Counted from the first letter of the stretch, positions 50,721-64,000 are shown. The stretch: DNA of 64,000 nucleotides from Mobula hypostoma (GCF_963921235.1 NC_086097.1:155498001-155562000); one strand, 5' to 3'. The notes: generated from the sequence alone by a model not told the origin. Translations and numbers: made by a program.

Positions 50721-50959
50721 TAGAAGGGCAAACTTTTAGAGTAGAGGTGAGGAGGAATTTCTTTAGCCAGAGAGTGGTGAATCTGAGGAATTCATTACTG
50801 CAGGAGACTTTGGAGGCCAAGTCTTTGTGTATATTTAAGTCAGAGGTTTATAGATTCTTGATTGTTCAGGGCATGAAGGAATGCGGGGAGAAGGCAAGAG
50901 ATTGCGGTTAGAGGAGTGGAATGGAATGGAATGGATTTCTTACATCCTTCACATACATC

Positions 50960-51670
50960 ATAGTAATTTATAATGTCTGTCTGTCTAGGTACCAGATCCG
51001 ATGCGGACTTTGGTGACGATGGTTTTCCATATAGATCTATCCTTCCTTTTTTGGATGACTTCCATTTCCTTGATGTGTAGCCACCTGGCTATGCTTTTGA
51101 TGTACATAAGCCGAGATCTTCCTCTAGGTTTACTCCCCTCAATCTTTCCAGAGAGTATGAGTTTTTCTAGTTTATCTTTCCACATGATGTGTCCTAGGAA
51201 TCTGAGTTGTCTTTCTCTTATTGTTGGTATGAGTGATCGAACTGCTTGGGCTCTTCTGAGAACTTCTTCATTTGATGTGTGTGTGGTCCATGATATTTTT
51301 AACATTCTCCTGTAGAACCATAATTCAGCTGCTTCTAGTCTCTTTTCCATTGCTGGGGAAATGGTCCATCATTCATTTCCATAAGTCAGGATAGAATAAA
51401 TGTAGCACTGCAGTATTCTGTTTTTAGTGTACGTGCTCATCTTTCTGTCTGTTAATATGGTCTTCATTTTTTGGAAAGCTTCTTTCGCCATTGCTATTCT
51501 GTATTTGATAATCTGTGTTGCACCTGCCATTACTTGTTATTAGGCTGCCAAGATATCTGAATTTGTTGACTTGTTTGATGTTTGTATTTCTGATCTTGAT
51601 CACACATTGTGGGATGTTTGTCTTTCTGGAGATGACCATGCTTTCTGTCTTGGTGTTGATTGAGAGGCCT
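50960..51670 (-). mobile_element. RTE-clade LINE 3' fragment
   Basis: FRYLGSLIT; KRLEAAELWFYRRMLKISW...GKIEGSKPRGR. Confidence 0.88.
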
Positions 51671-51674
51671 TATT

Positions 51675-53800
51675 ATTATTCATAATAATTTATAATAAAT
51701 AGAATAGTCAATGTAATATAGAGTACACTCAAATCAGCGTGAGTTAATCAGTCTGATGGCCTGGTGGAAGAAACTGTCCTGGAACCTGTTGGCCCTGGCT
51801 TTTATGCTGCAGTACTGTTTCCTGGATGGTTGCAGCTGGAGTAGATTATGGTTGGGGTGGTCCCCAGTGATACTATGGGCCCATTTTACACACCTGTCCT
51901 TGTTAATGTCCTGAATCATGGGAAATTCACAATTGCAGATGCGCTGGGCTGTCTGCACCACTCTGCAGAGTGCTGTGATTAAGGGAGGTACAGTTCCCAT
52001 ATGAGGCAGTGATGCAGCCAGTCAGGATACACTCAATTGTGCCCCTGCAGGAAGTTCTTAGGATTTGGGGGCCCATTCCAAACTTCCTCACCTGTCTGAG
52101 GTGAATGAGGTGCTGATGTGCCTTTTTCACCACACAGTTGGTGTGTAAAAACCATGTGAAGTCCTCGGTGATGTGGATGCCGAGGAACTTAAAGCTGTTT
52201 TCCCCCTCAACCCCAGATTCATTGATGTCAATAGGGGTTAGCCCATCTCCATTCCTCCTGTAATCCACAACCAGCTCCCTTGTTTTTGCGACATTGAGGG
52301 AGAGGTTTTTTCTTGACACCACTCTGTCAGAGAGATGACTTCTTCCCTCTTGGCCACCTCGTTATTATTTGAGATAAGGCCAATCAATGTAGCGTCTTTG
52401 GCAAATTAGCAGGTTAGAGCTGTGGGTGGCGACACAGCCATGGGTATACAGGGAGTAAAGGAGGGGACTTAGTACACAGTCCTGAGGGGCTCATGTATTG
52501 AGATTCAGAGAGTTGGAGGTGAGGGAGCCCACTCTTAACACCTGCTGGTGATCTGACAAGAAGTCCAGGATCCAACGGCACAAGGCAGGGTCAAGGCTGA
52601 GGTCTATGAGCTTCCTGTGAAGTTACCATAACTAGATAGATACACATTCTCTAAGCCTAGATGGAATTATGGTGTTGAATGCTGAACTGTAGTCCAAGAA
52701 CAGCTTTCTCACAAAAGCATCCTTCTTTTCCGGATGCGTAAGGACAGTATGTAGAGCTGTGGCTATTGCGTCATCTGTTGAACGGTTGTGTCGGTAGTCA
52801 AATTGTAGGGGGTCCAGTTTGGGTGGTAGCAAGCAGCAGATGTAATCCTTGACCAGCCTCTAAAAACATTTGCTTATTATTGAGATGAGTACAACAGGAC
52901 GCCAGTTGTTTGGGCATGTTACCCTGGTCTTTTTTGGTACAAGGACAATGGTAGATATTTGAAGCAGGAGGACACTCTACACTGGGAGAGGGAGAGATTA
53001 AAAATGTCAGTAAACACACCTGCCAGTTGAGCTGCGCACATCCTGGTACTCGCCCTGGGATGCTGTCCGGTCCCGCAGCCTTGTGACTGTCCATTCGTTG
53101 GAAACACCTGCGTCCTTCAGCCTCAGAGATGACCAGGTTGCGGGTTGTAGCGGTGGCTTTCCTCGGAGGCTGAGAGTTAGCGACATCAAATTGAGCATAA
53201 AGGCGACTGAGCTCCTCTGAGAGAGAGGCCACCATGTTGGTGGCATCACTACATTTGGCTTTGAAGTCTGCAATGGTGTGCAGCCCTCGACACAAGTCAC
53301 GTGTGATATTCATTGTGAATCTTGGCTCAGTCTTGTCCCTGTATTGTTGTTTCACAGCCTTGGTAGTTTTGCGCAGATCATAGCTGCTTTTCTTGAGCTC
53401 TGACTGATCGCCAGCGATGTAAGCTCAATGTCGTGCTTGCACAGAACTATTGATCCAGGGTTTCTGATTCGGAAAGACCCTGACTGATTTCTGGGAGACA
53501 ACGTTATCAATGCACTTCTGGATGAAACACGTGACTCCATCAGTAAACTCGGAGACATCCTCATCATGGAAGACATTCCAGTCGACATCATCGAATCAGT
53601 CCTGCAGCTTGGAGGCCGATTGGTCAGACCAACAGTGGACGGTTTTAACTATGGCCGCCTCTTGTTTCAGCTTCTGCCTGTACATCAGCAAAAGACGGAT
53701 CGAAGAGTGATCTGATTTTCCAAAAGCTGGGCGAAGGAGAGCTTCGTAGGCATTGCAGAAGGAGGTGTATCTTATCTCCACGAGTGCTCACCTGGATGTG
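51675..53800 (-). mobile_element. Rex1/Babar LINE, degenerate
   Basis: [24 protein letters not shown]...[19 protein letters not shown]. Confidence 0.9.
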
Positions 53801-54830
53801 CTGACAAAACTGCAGAGAGACTACAGCCATACTGTAATGGTTGAGCAGAGTCGATGGGCCAAATGGCCTAATTCAGCTTCTATTTCTTATAGTCTTATAT
53901 TATTAAACTGGAAAGGGTACAGACGAGATTTATCAGGATGCTGCTTGGACTTAGGGGCCGGAGTTAGAATGAGAAATTGCAGAACTACATATTATTACCT
54001 GGAATGTATGAAATTAAAGGATAACCGAATAGAAGGGTTTTAGATCTTTAGGGCTGTAGACAAAGTAAAATAACATAGTTTTTTTCCCAAGGAGAGGGTG
54101 CTACAACAAAAGGGCAACGGTTAGATTTAAGATCAGGCCTCAGAGATTTATAAAGGATATCAGGGGCATCTGTTTCATGCAGTGAGTGGTGTGCATTCTG
54201 AATGAGCTGCCTGAGATAGTGGTTGAGGTGGGGTATTAGCATTCTTTAAAAGCATCTTGATAAGTACATCGACAAGCAAGGTTTAGAGGGCCATGGGCCA
54301 AATACAGATACAGCTATCTCACTGGGCAAATCCATTGGCCTGGACAAAATGGGCCAAATACAGATACAAACATCTCACTGGGCAAATCCATCAGCATGGA
54401 CAAAATGGGCCGAATGGCCTGTTTCCCTGCTGTACAACTCTTTTACAAGAATCACTTAAGTGCTTGGCCAGAACTGGAGGTGTATGGAGATCCTGAAAAG
54501 GTTGAGGAAGGGCTTCAGAAGACCTTGTAAAGGTGGTTAAGGATAAACCCCTGAGACAGGCACTCACCGGCCACCTTGTTCAGCACTGCTGGCCACAAAA
54601 TTGATTTGATCAGAATAGGAATCAGGTTTATTATCACTGGGTGACAGAGGTCCTTAATGATGGATGCTGCCTTCCTGAAACATTGCTGACCCCAATGAGA
54701 GGTCTGGTGTGTGTTCCCTCGTCTTCCCCTTCCTGTAGTCCACCATCATTTCTTTGGTCTTACTGATATTGAAGGTTGCTCAGTGAGCTGTGGCAGGATA
54801 ACCTGTATGTCCATGACCTCTTCATTCCAG

Positions 54831-54967
54831 GGTGCAAAGATCAAGCTGTCCGACCTGCTCATCTACTGCAAGACTGTCCGCTTCGACATGTTTGAAGGTG
54901 TCATGAGCAACCAGGTCTTCTATGAAATATTGTCCTTTGTGAAAAACAAGTTTAATGTAGGACTCAG
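54831..54967 (+). pseudogene. PLC-delta Y-box start exon, copy B
   Basis: LSDLLIYCKTVRF...FYEILSFVKNK; internal deletions; donor lost. Confidence 0.88.
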
Positions 54968-56398
54968 ATATGTGGAGACTGGAAATATATCCAAGCTCAA
55001 AGACTTCAGTCTGTCAATAAAAAAAAGCTGTTCCAAAAAGTTTCTCAGTAAAAGGGCTAATAACTACAGAGTAGTCTGAAAGAACTTGATAATTGGGTAA
55101 GTTCTGGAAATGGAGATCTGGGATGGAATTAGCAGTTACTTAGAAACATGGAATGATGGGAGTAAACCGGTGTAAATTTGTTGAAGCAAAAACACTACAG
55201 TGAAATGACAGCAAAGTTTGATAAGGGAAAAGTAGTTTATGTGCAATATAAACTAACAGGTGAATCAAGTCAAAGTCAAGGTAAATTTATTATCAAAGTA
55301 CATATAGGCCCACCATATACAACCTTAAGGTTCATTTTCTTGCAGACACTTACAGGAAAATGAAGAAATACAATAGAAGCCATAGGAATCAGGGTAGTGC
55401 TCAACAGGTGTTTCTCTAACTAGAAGTTTGTAACAAGTGGTGCACTGCAGGATCTGGTACTGGGACCTTTGTTGTTTGTAATACACAGTCTCACACTCAA
55501 TGATTCAGGAACAGCTTCTTCCCCTCTGCTATCCGATTTCTAAATGGACATTGAAGCTTTGGACGCTACCTAACTTTTTAAAAAATATACAGTAATTCTG
55601 TTTTTGCACATTTTAAAAAATCTATTCAATACATGTAATTGATTTACTTGTTTATTTATTATTATGTTTTATTTTATTTATTACTATTATTATTTTTTTC
55701 TCTCTCTGCTAGATTATGTATTGCGTTGAACTGCTGCTGCTAGGTTAACAAATTTCATGTCACATGCCGGTGATAACAAATCTGATTCTGATTCTTTCAA
55801 CGTACGTGATCTGATTTGTAAGTTTGCAGACAACAAAAAAGTTGGTAGAATCGCAGACTGCCAGGAAGGTCATCCCAGCATACTGAGGGACATAGATCTG
55901 CTGGTGGGTGCGCAGAGCAGTGGGTGAATTTGATGGCTCTAGGCTTGTACTCGCTGCAGTTTAGGAGAATGAGGGGAGATCTCATTGAAACCTATTGAAT
56001 ATTGAAAAGCCGAGATAGACTGAATGTGGAAGGAATGTTTCCAATGGTAGAAGAGTCTAGGACCAAAGGGCACAGCCTCAGAATAAAACAGTTCCTGTAG
56101 AAGAGCAATGCAAAGGAATGTCTTTAGCCTGAGGGATTTTGGGAGCTCAAATTGTGATAGAACTTACAAAGTAAATGGCACAGTCCTCAGGAGTGTTGAC
56201 GTAGAGGGACATCAAGGTGCAAGTCGAATGGTCACTGACACATGTGGAGAGGCTGGTGAAGAAGTCATTATGTTTGCCCTCACAGCCAAGGCATTGAGTG
56301 TAAATACTGGCCGTTATGTTCCTGACTGGCTCTGCTACCACCTCAACCAGCATTCCTTTCTCCCTGCAGGACCACCTTCCCTCATTCCATCCTCCACA

Positions 56399-56401
<3 letters not shown>

Positions 56402-56439
<38 letters not shown>

Positions 56440-56553
56440 AAGTGAGGGCGAGAGAGAGCAACGCACACACACACACACATACACACACACACAGACACAC
56501 ACAGACACACACACACATACACACACACACACACACACACATACACAGACACA

Positions 56554-56596
<43 letters not shown>
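56402..56596. repeat. (GA)n/(CA)n microsatellite, expanded relative to copy A (about 30800)
   Basis: Direct reading. Confidence 0.95.
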
Positions 56597-57470
56597 AGAG
56601 TAATGGATGTAACCTCTTATCTGAGTTCCTGATTCACCTCCCAATCCTCCCAGTTCTCACCCCCTCCCACTACTGCCAACTCACAGGAAAGAAAGACTTC
56701 AGTAAAGTATTAACACCCCAGTTTCTGGTTATTGTCAGGGCGCTAACCAGCCCCGATTCCCTGGATACCCACCCAGAGTTTGCCTCTACTTTCCCCATCC
56801 CTCCCCAACCACCCTTGCCTGATGCCAATGCAGTTCCAGATCGGAATGCATGTACAACTTCAAAGAGCCTTTAATTAGGCAGTTGTACAGGCCCAAACTG
56901 TGTCTGGTACCACACAGAACAGAACAGAAACCGTTTCAGTGCCTTGAAATCACCACAGATACTAACACCCTTATTACTTGTTGATAAGTAATGACGTACA
57001 CACCCTCTCCTTTCATTTCATTGTCCATCCTTCCTCTTCTTCTCCCACCCCCATCCAGAGTTTGCCTGTACATTCCTTATCCCTCCCCAGCCGCCCTTGC
57101 CTAATGCCAACGCAGTTCCTGATCAGTTCACACGTACAACTTCCAAGAGCTTTATTTGGGTGATTGCTCAGGCCCTAGCATGTCTGGTACCACACAAAAC
57201 AGTAACCCAGTTACCGTTTCATTGCCTTGTAATCACCTCAGATACTAACACCATCATTACTTGCTGATATTCAGTGCAGAAATAATAATGAAATGTTATA
57301 AAATATTTTCTCATTTGCACTCTCTCTCTCAATGACACATACACACCCTCTCCTTTCATTTCCCCGCCCAGCCTTCCTCTTCTTCTTCTCCCACTCCCAC
57401 TCCCTATCCTCTCTCTCACACTCCCGCTGGTTCTCCCCACCCTCCCTTTTCCCCCTGCCCTCTCTCCACA

Positions 57471-57640
57471 ATGCCTCTGGGTAGGAGATGGACATCTACC
57501 AGAGTAATATTCAAGACACTGGTTTCGCTGGTTATAACCTGAAGCCAAAGTACCTGAAGGAGAGAAAGACAAAATTTGACTCAAAGAACATCCAGACGGG
57601 ACCCTGGCTGAACCGAAAGTAACTGGTACAATCTCTGACA
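57471..57640 (+). pseudogene. PLC-delta Y-box end exon, found only in copy B
   Basis: G*EMDIYQSNIQDTGFAGYNLKPKYL...GPWLNRK*; stops at 57482 and 57620. Confidence 0.88.
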
Positions 57641-58194
57641 TGAGTATATGAAATTATGAGAGGCATAGATACTGTCATCACGGTGCAGACATGGCCCAGG
57701 TGCGGGGTGAGAGACACTGAAACAGGTCGATAGTTTGCAGACTTTAATGTGAACAGCGTTAAAGGGAAAAGAAAACAATAAACAGGCCAAACAGGGCCGT
57801 TAACTAAACCCCTCAAATGGAAAACGTAGACTACACAGTGACTGAAAAGAATAAAACGAATACTGCTAGTCTTCAGAGTCAGTTGACACAACAGTCCAAT
57901 TTCTCAGGAAGTGCTGAATGCAAGCAGGCAGCAAAGCATTGCTGTGTCCAAGTCTCGACAAATACCATGGCGGAATGAATGAAGTTAAATACTATCACAA
58001 TGAAATAATAATCAGCTGACACATGCATATTCACGAGCGTAATTGCTGAATCTGCTGTGCTTCCGAATCCATGGGTGTGACAGATACAGACAATATCTTT
58101 TTCCCAGATTCAAAATGTTTAATTCTAGAGGGCATACATTTAAGGCGAAAGGCTTTTCGATAGGCACATGAACATGAGAGAATGGAAAGATATG

Positions 58195-61100
58195 TGTAGT
58201 AACTTCTACTTTGAAAAAGGCACACTCGACAACTTCATGCCAAAGAAACAGCTTTATGTCAAACTTCAAAAGCGTTATGTATATACAGAAACTTTCACAA
58301 CCCGTACAGCATGGCAGGCACAGTATTTTCAAAGCCCACCGGAAGTAAACCACCACCCCCCCCGCCCCCCCAGTATCCTAATTAGTATTAACTTATTTTT
58401 GATAATGCTCACATTACAACACTTCTCCCCTTTTAAAATCCAACATTCCCCAAATATGACTAGGAAATAAAAACTGGTGTTATTAACTTGCGTACCCCTT
58501 AAAACTTGGACTAGTATCTCAGAACTGTTTATCAATACAAAACATCTGGAAAATGTGACAGATTCAACATTCAATCTAACAACACAAAAAGGAAATGTCC
58601 CATCAAAGATTCAGTCTGTCAGGAGGTTTACGTGTGCACTGTGATCTGCGCACTACCTCCGGTGTCCCAGCAGGCACCGTTGGTTAGGGTGTTTTGGGTG
58701 GATCTGGTTTTGGGGGCATGAGAATGTCCATCCTCCTCAGGGGACCCCGACCCTTCTGCCAGCGCCTCGCCCTCTGGCAAAGTCACTGGTGGACATGCTT
58801 CCACCATAGTCTGTCTCACTTTTGCCTTCATATCCACGCGCAGCAGGTCCAATCTTGACTTGGGCCAATGCCCCATCAGCATATCTGCTGGAGTGTGGGC
58901 ACTCATAGTCTGTGGCATGAGGTGGTATTTAAACAGGAAACGTGAAAGCTGAATGCTAAGAGAGTCCCCTGTTATCCGCATCAGGTCTTCCTTCACTGTC
59001 TGAACAGCCCGCTCAGCCAAACCATTGGAGTCTGGGTGGAAAGGGGCCGTCCGAATGTGATGAATGCCATTCTGTGGCATGAACTCACTGAACAGCTCAC
59101 TGGTGAACATCGGGCCATTATCAGTGACCAGAGTGTCAGGCAACCCGTGGACTACAAGCACTTGCCTGAGTTTGTCTATGGTTGAGGGGGCTGTGATGTT
59201 GCTTATGATGTGAGCTTCGATCTATTTAGAATGCACATCTACCATTACAAGAAACATCTGCCCCATAAAAGGGCCAGCAAAGTCCAAATGTAGCCTAGAC
59301 CAGGGGTGGTCTGGCCACTCCCATGGGTGTAAAGGAGCTGGTGGTGGCATATTCTGATTAGTTTGACATTGCGTGCATGATTTTACCTTGTTCTCCAGAT
59401 CCTGATCCATTCTTGACCACCAAACGTAGGCTCTTGCAAGGCTTTTCATTCGAGACACTCCTGGGTGAGTCTCATGAATTTCCTCCACAATCTGTGAATG
59501 GCCAGGGGAAGGCACGATGACCCTTGGCCCCCAGAAAATGCAGCCATCCTGCAGACTGAGTTCTGTTTTGCGTTTGACATAAGGTCTCAGTTCCTCTCCT
59601 TCCACGACTCTGGGCCAGCCTTGTAAAGAAAAAGTCTTGACTTGGGACAGGACTGGGTCCCTCTCTGTCCACTGCTGGATCTGGGTCACCTTTACAGGTG
59701 TCTCTGGTGTCGCATGCAAGGGTAATCTTCTTGTCTGGGTCATAGTGAACAAGCAGCTTCGCTGAGTGGAGGAGTTCTTTCACTTCCTTGAAAGCTTTCT
59801 CCTGCTCTTCACCCCACTGCCACTTAGTGTCATTGTGAAGCAGCTTATACAGTGGGGTAAAAACCCTTGAGAGGTCAGAAAGAAACTTGCCATAATAATT
59901 CACCATGTCCAAAAATGATCTGAGTTCCGTGATGGTCTTAGGGCTTGGGGCTTCCTTAATAGCTCTTACTTTATTCTCCACAGGGCAAAGCCCCTCAGCT
60001 GTGATCTTGTGTCCCAGGTAAGTCACACTGGATGCCAGGAATACACATTTTCCGCGTTTCAACTGCAGCCCTGCGTCTGAGAGCCTCTTCAGCACCCGTT
60101 CTAAATTAACCAGATGCTCCACCTCCGTAGCCCCCACGATCAAAGTATCATCAAGGTACACTGCTCCGTGCGGAATCCCCTGTAGCAAAGTGTCCATTGT
60201 CCTTTGGAAAATGGCAGGGCTGGAAGCCACTCCAAACACCAGGCGATTTTACTTGAATAATCCCCTGTACGTATTAATTGTGACGTACTCCTTTGAATTC
60301 TCATCGAGCAGCAGCTGTTTGTAGGTGTGGCTCATGTCCAGCTTTGTGAACAGCTTACCCCGTGACAGGGTCACAAACAGGTCATCCACCCGTGACAATG
60401 GGTACTCCTCCAGCCTAGAGACCTGATTCACTGTAAGCTTATAATCCCCACATATCCTCACCATTTTGTCTGCCTTCAAAACTGTAACAATGGAGCCACC
60501 CACCTTGAAAAGAGGACGGGCTCAATACTGCCCAGCCTCTGTAAACGTTCCAGCTCCTCCTCGACTTTGCCTTTCATGGCATAGGGTACCGACCTGGGCT
60601 TAAAAAAACATGGTGTAGCCTCAGGGTCGACATGGAGTTTCACTGTCACGCCCTTCAGTGTTCCCAGCTCGTCCTGAAAACGTCACTGTACCACTGCAGA
60701 ATGTCCTCCGTCGTGTGTGGATACTTAATTTCATGCCAGTTTAGCCAGATTTTGTGAAGCCAATCGCTACCCAAAAGACTGGGCCTCCTGCCCTTAGCTA
60801 TCACTAGCTTGGCTTCAGCCTTCTGACCTCCGGCTGAAATGTCCACATATAACACCCCTAAGTGAGGTATGGGCTGCCCCGTATCGGTCCTAAGTTTGAG
60901 CTTTGATGACCTGATGGAAGGCAGGTTGGACCCCCATGTCCTCCTGTAGGTCTCCTCATTAATGACCGATGCAGTAGCCCCGAATCAATCTCAAACATAA
61001 TGTCCTTTCCCCTGACAGTGACTGTGGCATAATACGGTTCAGGTGATTCCTCATCTGTTTCCACTGCAAACACGTTGTAGGCACACGCTGCCTCTTCATC

Positions 61101-62184
61101 TGCATCTTCTAGATGGTGTGTGGCTGCCTGAGCCTGTAGAGCTTTCCCCTGCCCAGGCTTAATCTTACCCTTTCAACTTCTGCTCTTTTTAGCTAAATGT
61201 CCCTTTTTGCTACAAGAATGACAGACAGTGTCTTTGAATTTGCAATCATTTGCATAGTTCTTCCCTCCACACTGGAAACATTCCACCCGCTTTGCCTGTT
61301 TACCAGTCTCCCTCCTGACTTGGTGCGACCCCCCATGTCCTTTCTGGATATCCTTGACATTATTAGCAGCCATCTCCAGGCCTTGGGCAATCTCTAAGGC
61401 TTTCTTGAAAGTCAACGGTGGGTTTTTCCCTAACTGGCAGTGTTGTACGCTGTCATTATTAATGCCGCATACCAATCTATCATGGAGCATGTTTTCCAAC
61501 ACCGATCCAAAATCACAATGCTCTGAACAGCTGCCAAAGCTCGGCCAGAAGATTGGCCACAGACTGACCTGGCTTCCTGAAACGGCTGTGAAACTTACAC
61601 CGTTGGACTATCACAGAAAGTTTTGGATTGTAGTGGTTCCCCACGAGCTTGACCAGTTCGTCATATGGAATGTCCCCCAGTTTCCGCGGTGTGGCTAAAT
61701 TCCTTATTAGCTTGTAAATCTTTGTCCCACACATACTCAGGAGAATAGAGCGCTTCTTAGCCTCCTCAGTAATTCCATTAGCACAGAGAAAGTGTCCCAA
61801 CCTTTCCTCATACTCCGGCCAGTCCTTGTTTCCTTCCAGAAATTCACTGGTTGTTCCAAACGTAGCTATCAGAAATGTGAAGCTCCCGTTCGAAAAACGT
61901 GCCGATACGTTCACAAAACCAGTTCACCTCATCACCAAAAATCTGTAGAAACTTCTACTTTGAAAAAGGTACACTCGACAACTTTATGCCAAAGAAATAG
62001 CTTTATGTCAAACTTCAAAACCATTATGCATATACAGAGGCTTCCACAACCCATACGGCATGGCAGGCAGAACGGAAATACACCGCTATATACAAAGCCC
62101 ACTGGAAATAAAAAGAACGGAAGTAAAACCCCCCATTATCCTAATTAGTATAAACTTACTTTTAATAATGCTCACATTACAACA
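58195..62184 (-). mobile_element. Mag-type Gypsy LTR retrotransposon, degenerate
   Basis: LTRs 61944-62184 and 58195-58421; PBS-like TGGTGATGAGG; PPT AAAAGGGGAGAAG; RICGDYK, YLDD, RLHLDFAGPF, VTDNG, SNGLAER; TSD GATATG/GATAGG. Confidence 0.93.
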
Positions 62185-63087
62185 GATAGGGATATTGCAG
62201 CCAGAAGAGATTAATTAGTTAGCATTTAATTTCTAGTTTAAATAATTAAGAGAGGTTGTACAGCACAGTGAGTTTGTGGATGATGCTAGGACTGGTGGAG
62301 TTGTGGATACTGTAGAAAACTGGAAAAGAGTACAGCATAATATACATTTGTAGATCAGTTGCAGATATGAGCTGAGAATAATGTCAAGGATAATATCAAG
62401 GCAGATGGAGTTTAACCCAGATTAATGTGAGGTGTTGCATCTTCCTAGGGCAAATGCAAGGAGACAGTACACTGTTAAGGGCAAGATCCTTAACAGTATT
62501 GCTGAGCAGAGAGATTTTGGAATCCAAGTTCATAGCTTGTTGAAAGTGGCTAAACAGTTCAGTAAGATGGTTAAGAAGGCTTATGGGATGCCTGCTTCGA
62601 AATTATTCGAAACACTGAGTTCAAATGTCAGGAGGTTATGTTGTAACTTTATAAAGCCCTGGTTAGGCCACTTCAGGAGTATTGCATACAGTTCTGGTCA
62701 CCTCACCATAGGAAGGATGATGAGGCTTCAGAGACTCTGCAGAAGAGGTTTTCCACAATGCTGACTGGTTTAGAGGGCATGTGCTATCATGAGAAGCTGG
62801 ATAAACTTGGATAGTGTTTTCTGGAGCGCCGGAGGCTGATAGCAGATCTGATAGAGGTTTACTTAATTATTTTAGTATCTTCCCATTTTCTTTCCAGTCC
62901 TGATAGACTGTCTAATCATTTTGATAGATGCTGCCTGACCTGCTGAGTTCCTCCAGCATTTTGTGTGTATTGCTCTGATATCCGCATCTATAGAAACTTT
63001 TGTGTTAACATTTCTCAGCCAGTGTTTCGATTTGAACCCATGTTACAGTTGAAGGTGTTAGTGTTGTCTTCCCCCTCACTGTCTCAG

Positions 63088-63137
63088 GTTTCAGCCCCAT
63101 GTGGAACATGCCCTTCCAGTTCAACATGTCTGTGCCC
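63088..63137 (+). pseudogene. Truncated PLC-delta C2 second exon, copy B
   Basis: AG acceptor; FSPMWNMPFQFNMSVP, then a deletion into intron sequence matching about 37535. Confidence 0.8.
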
Positions 63138-64000
63138 AAGACGTCACCCCTTTAAAACTAGGAGCAGAGGGAAGAGTGGGTGGTGGGGATGAATGGGTAG
63201 AATACCTGTTCTGCAAGACCCAGACCATCCCACAGAGGTTCACTGAGACCCACCTTTTGAGGTCATTGGAATGGTTCATTTGTTCTGTCACATCCTCTAC
63301 TCTCCCCGACCCAGGGAAGCTTGCTTTTAAAGCACAAGAGTACAACAGCAAAGATGTGATGCTGAGATCTTGTAAGGTATTTCTCAGACTATGCTTGGAG
63401 TATTGCGAGCAGTTTCGTGTACCCCTCCCCGTCCAAGAAAAATGTGCTGGCATTGGAGAGTGTCCAGACAAAGTTCATGAGAAAATTCCACAAGTTAAAT
63501 GGTTAACATATGAGGAACGTTTAAAGGCTCTGGGCCTGTACTTGCTGGAGTTTAGAAGAATGAGAAAAAAACCTTTTGAAATCTATTAAATATTGAAAGG
63601 ACTAGATGGAGTGGTTGTGGAAAGGGTATTTCCTAAAGTTGGATAGTCTAGCACTAGAGGAACAGAGCTGAGGAGGAATTTTGTCAGCCAAAGGGTGGTG
63701 CATCTGTGGAATTCATTGCTTTGGACAGCTGGGGAATCCAAATTATTAGGGTTATTTAAAGCAGAGTTTGGTAAGTTCTTGATTAATAACTGTTTCAAAT
63801 GTTACAGGGAAAAGTCAGGAGAATGGGATTGAGAGAGATAATAAATCTGCCATGATGGAAGAGCAGAGGTTACATGATAGGACAAATAGATATGACATCA
63901 ATACATGGTTCTGACAAGGTGTCAAAGTGAAGATGGACTGTGACACCATAAACCCTGCCACCAAGGCCACAAGGTTATTCTTGCTCTGGTGTAAGTGAGA

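Larger units (their letters stand above)
53880..64000 (+). pseudogene. Phospholipase C delta-like pseudogene, copy B (runs off the window)
   Basis: Exons and introns colinear with copy A 22190-38000. Confidence 0.9.

Noticed and set aside
56108..56644. ORFs with HT/CV/ER repeats
   Set aside because: Translations of a microsatellite
13767..64000. A functional PLC assembled by splicing across copies A and B
   Set aside because: The catalytic X-box exon was not found, several exons carry stops, and the exon order is incompatible

Overview
Repeat-dense eukaryotic nuclear DNA from a cartilaginous fish, probably a ray (inferred from the NUMT and the CR1/Penelope/Rex1/SINE content). I find no intact host gene. 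The scaffold is a tandem array of decayed phospholipase C delta-like genes: copy A (exons 13767-40547), copy B (about 53.9 kb to beyond the window end), an inverted C2-exon fragment at about 48 kb, and intron sequence of a probable further upstream copy at 20-440. Inserted elements include: a near-intact Gypsy LTR element (1307-5955) with no tRNA primer site but a 15-nt leader complementary to its own LTR; an old, deletion-compressed NUMT (about 6320-12800) split by a hammerhead-bearing Penelope element; an internally deleted endogenous retrovirus (40893-45632; gag-UAG-pro, tRNA-Ser PBS); a degenerate Mag-type Gypsy (58195-62184); and many CR1, L1, Rex1, RTE, Hero, R4/Dong, Nimb and SINE fragments. 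All assignments come from reading the sequence and from remembered family motifs. No searches were run.
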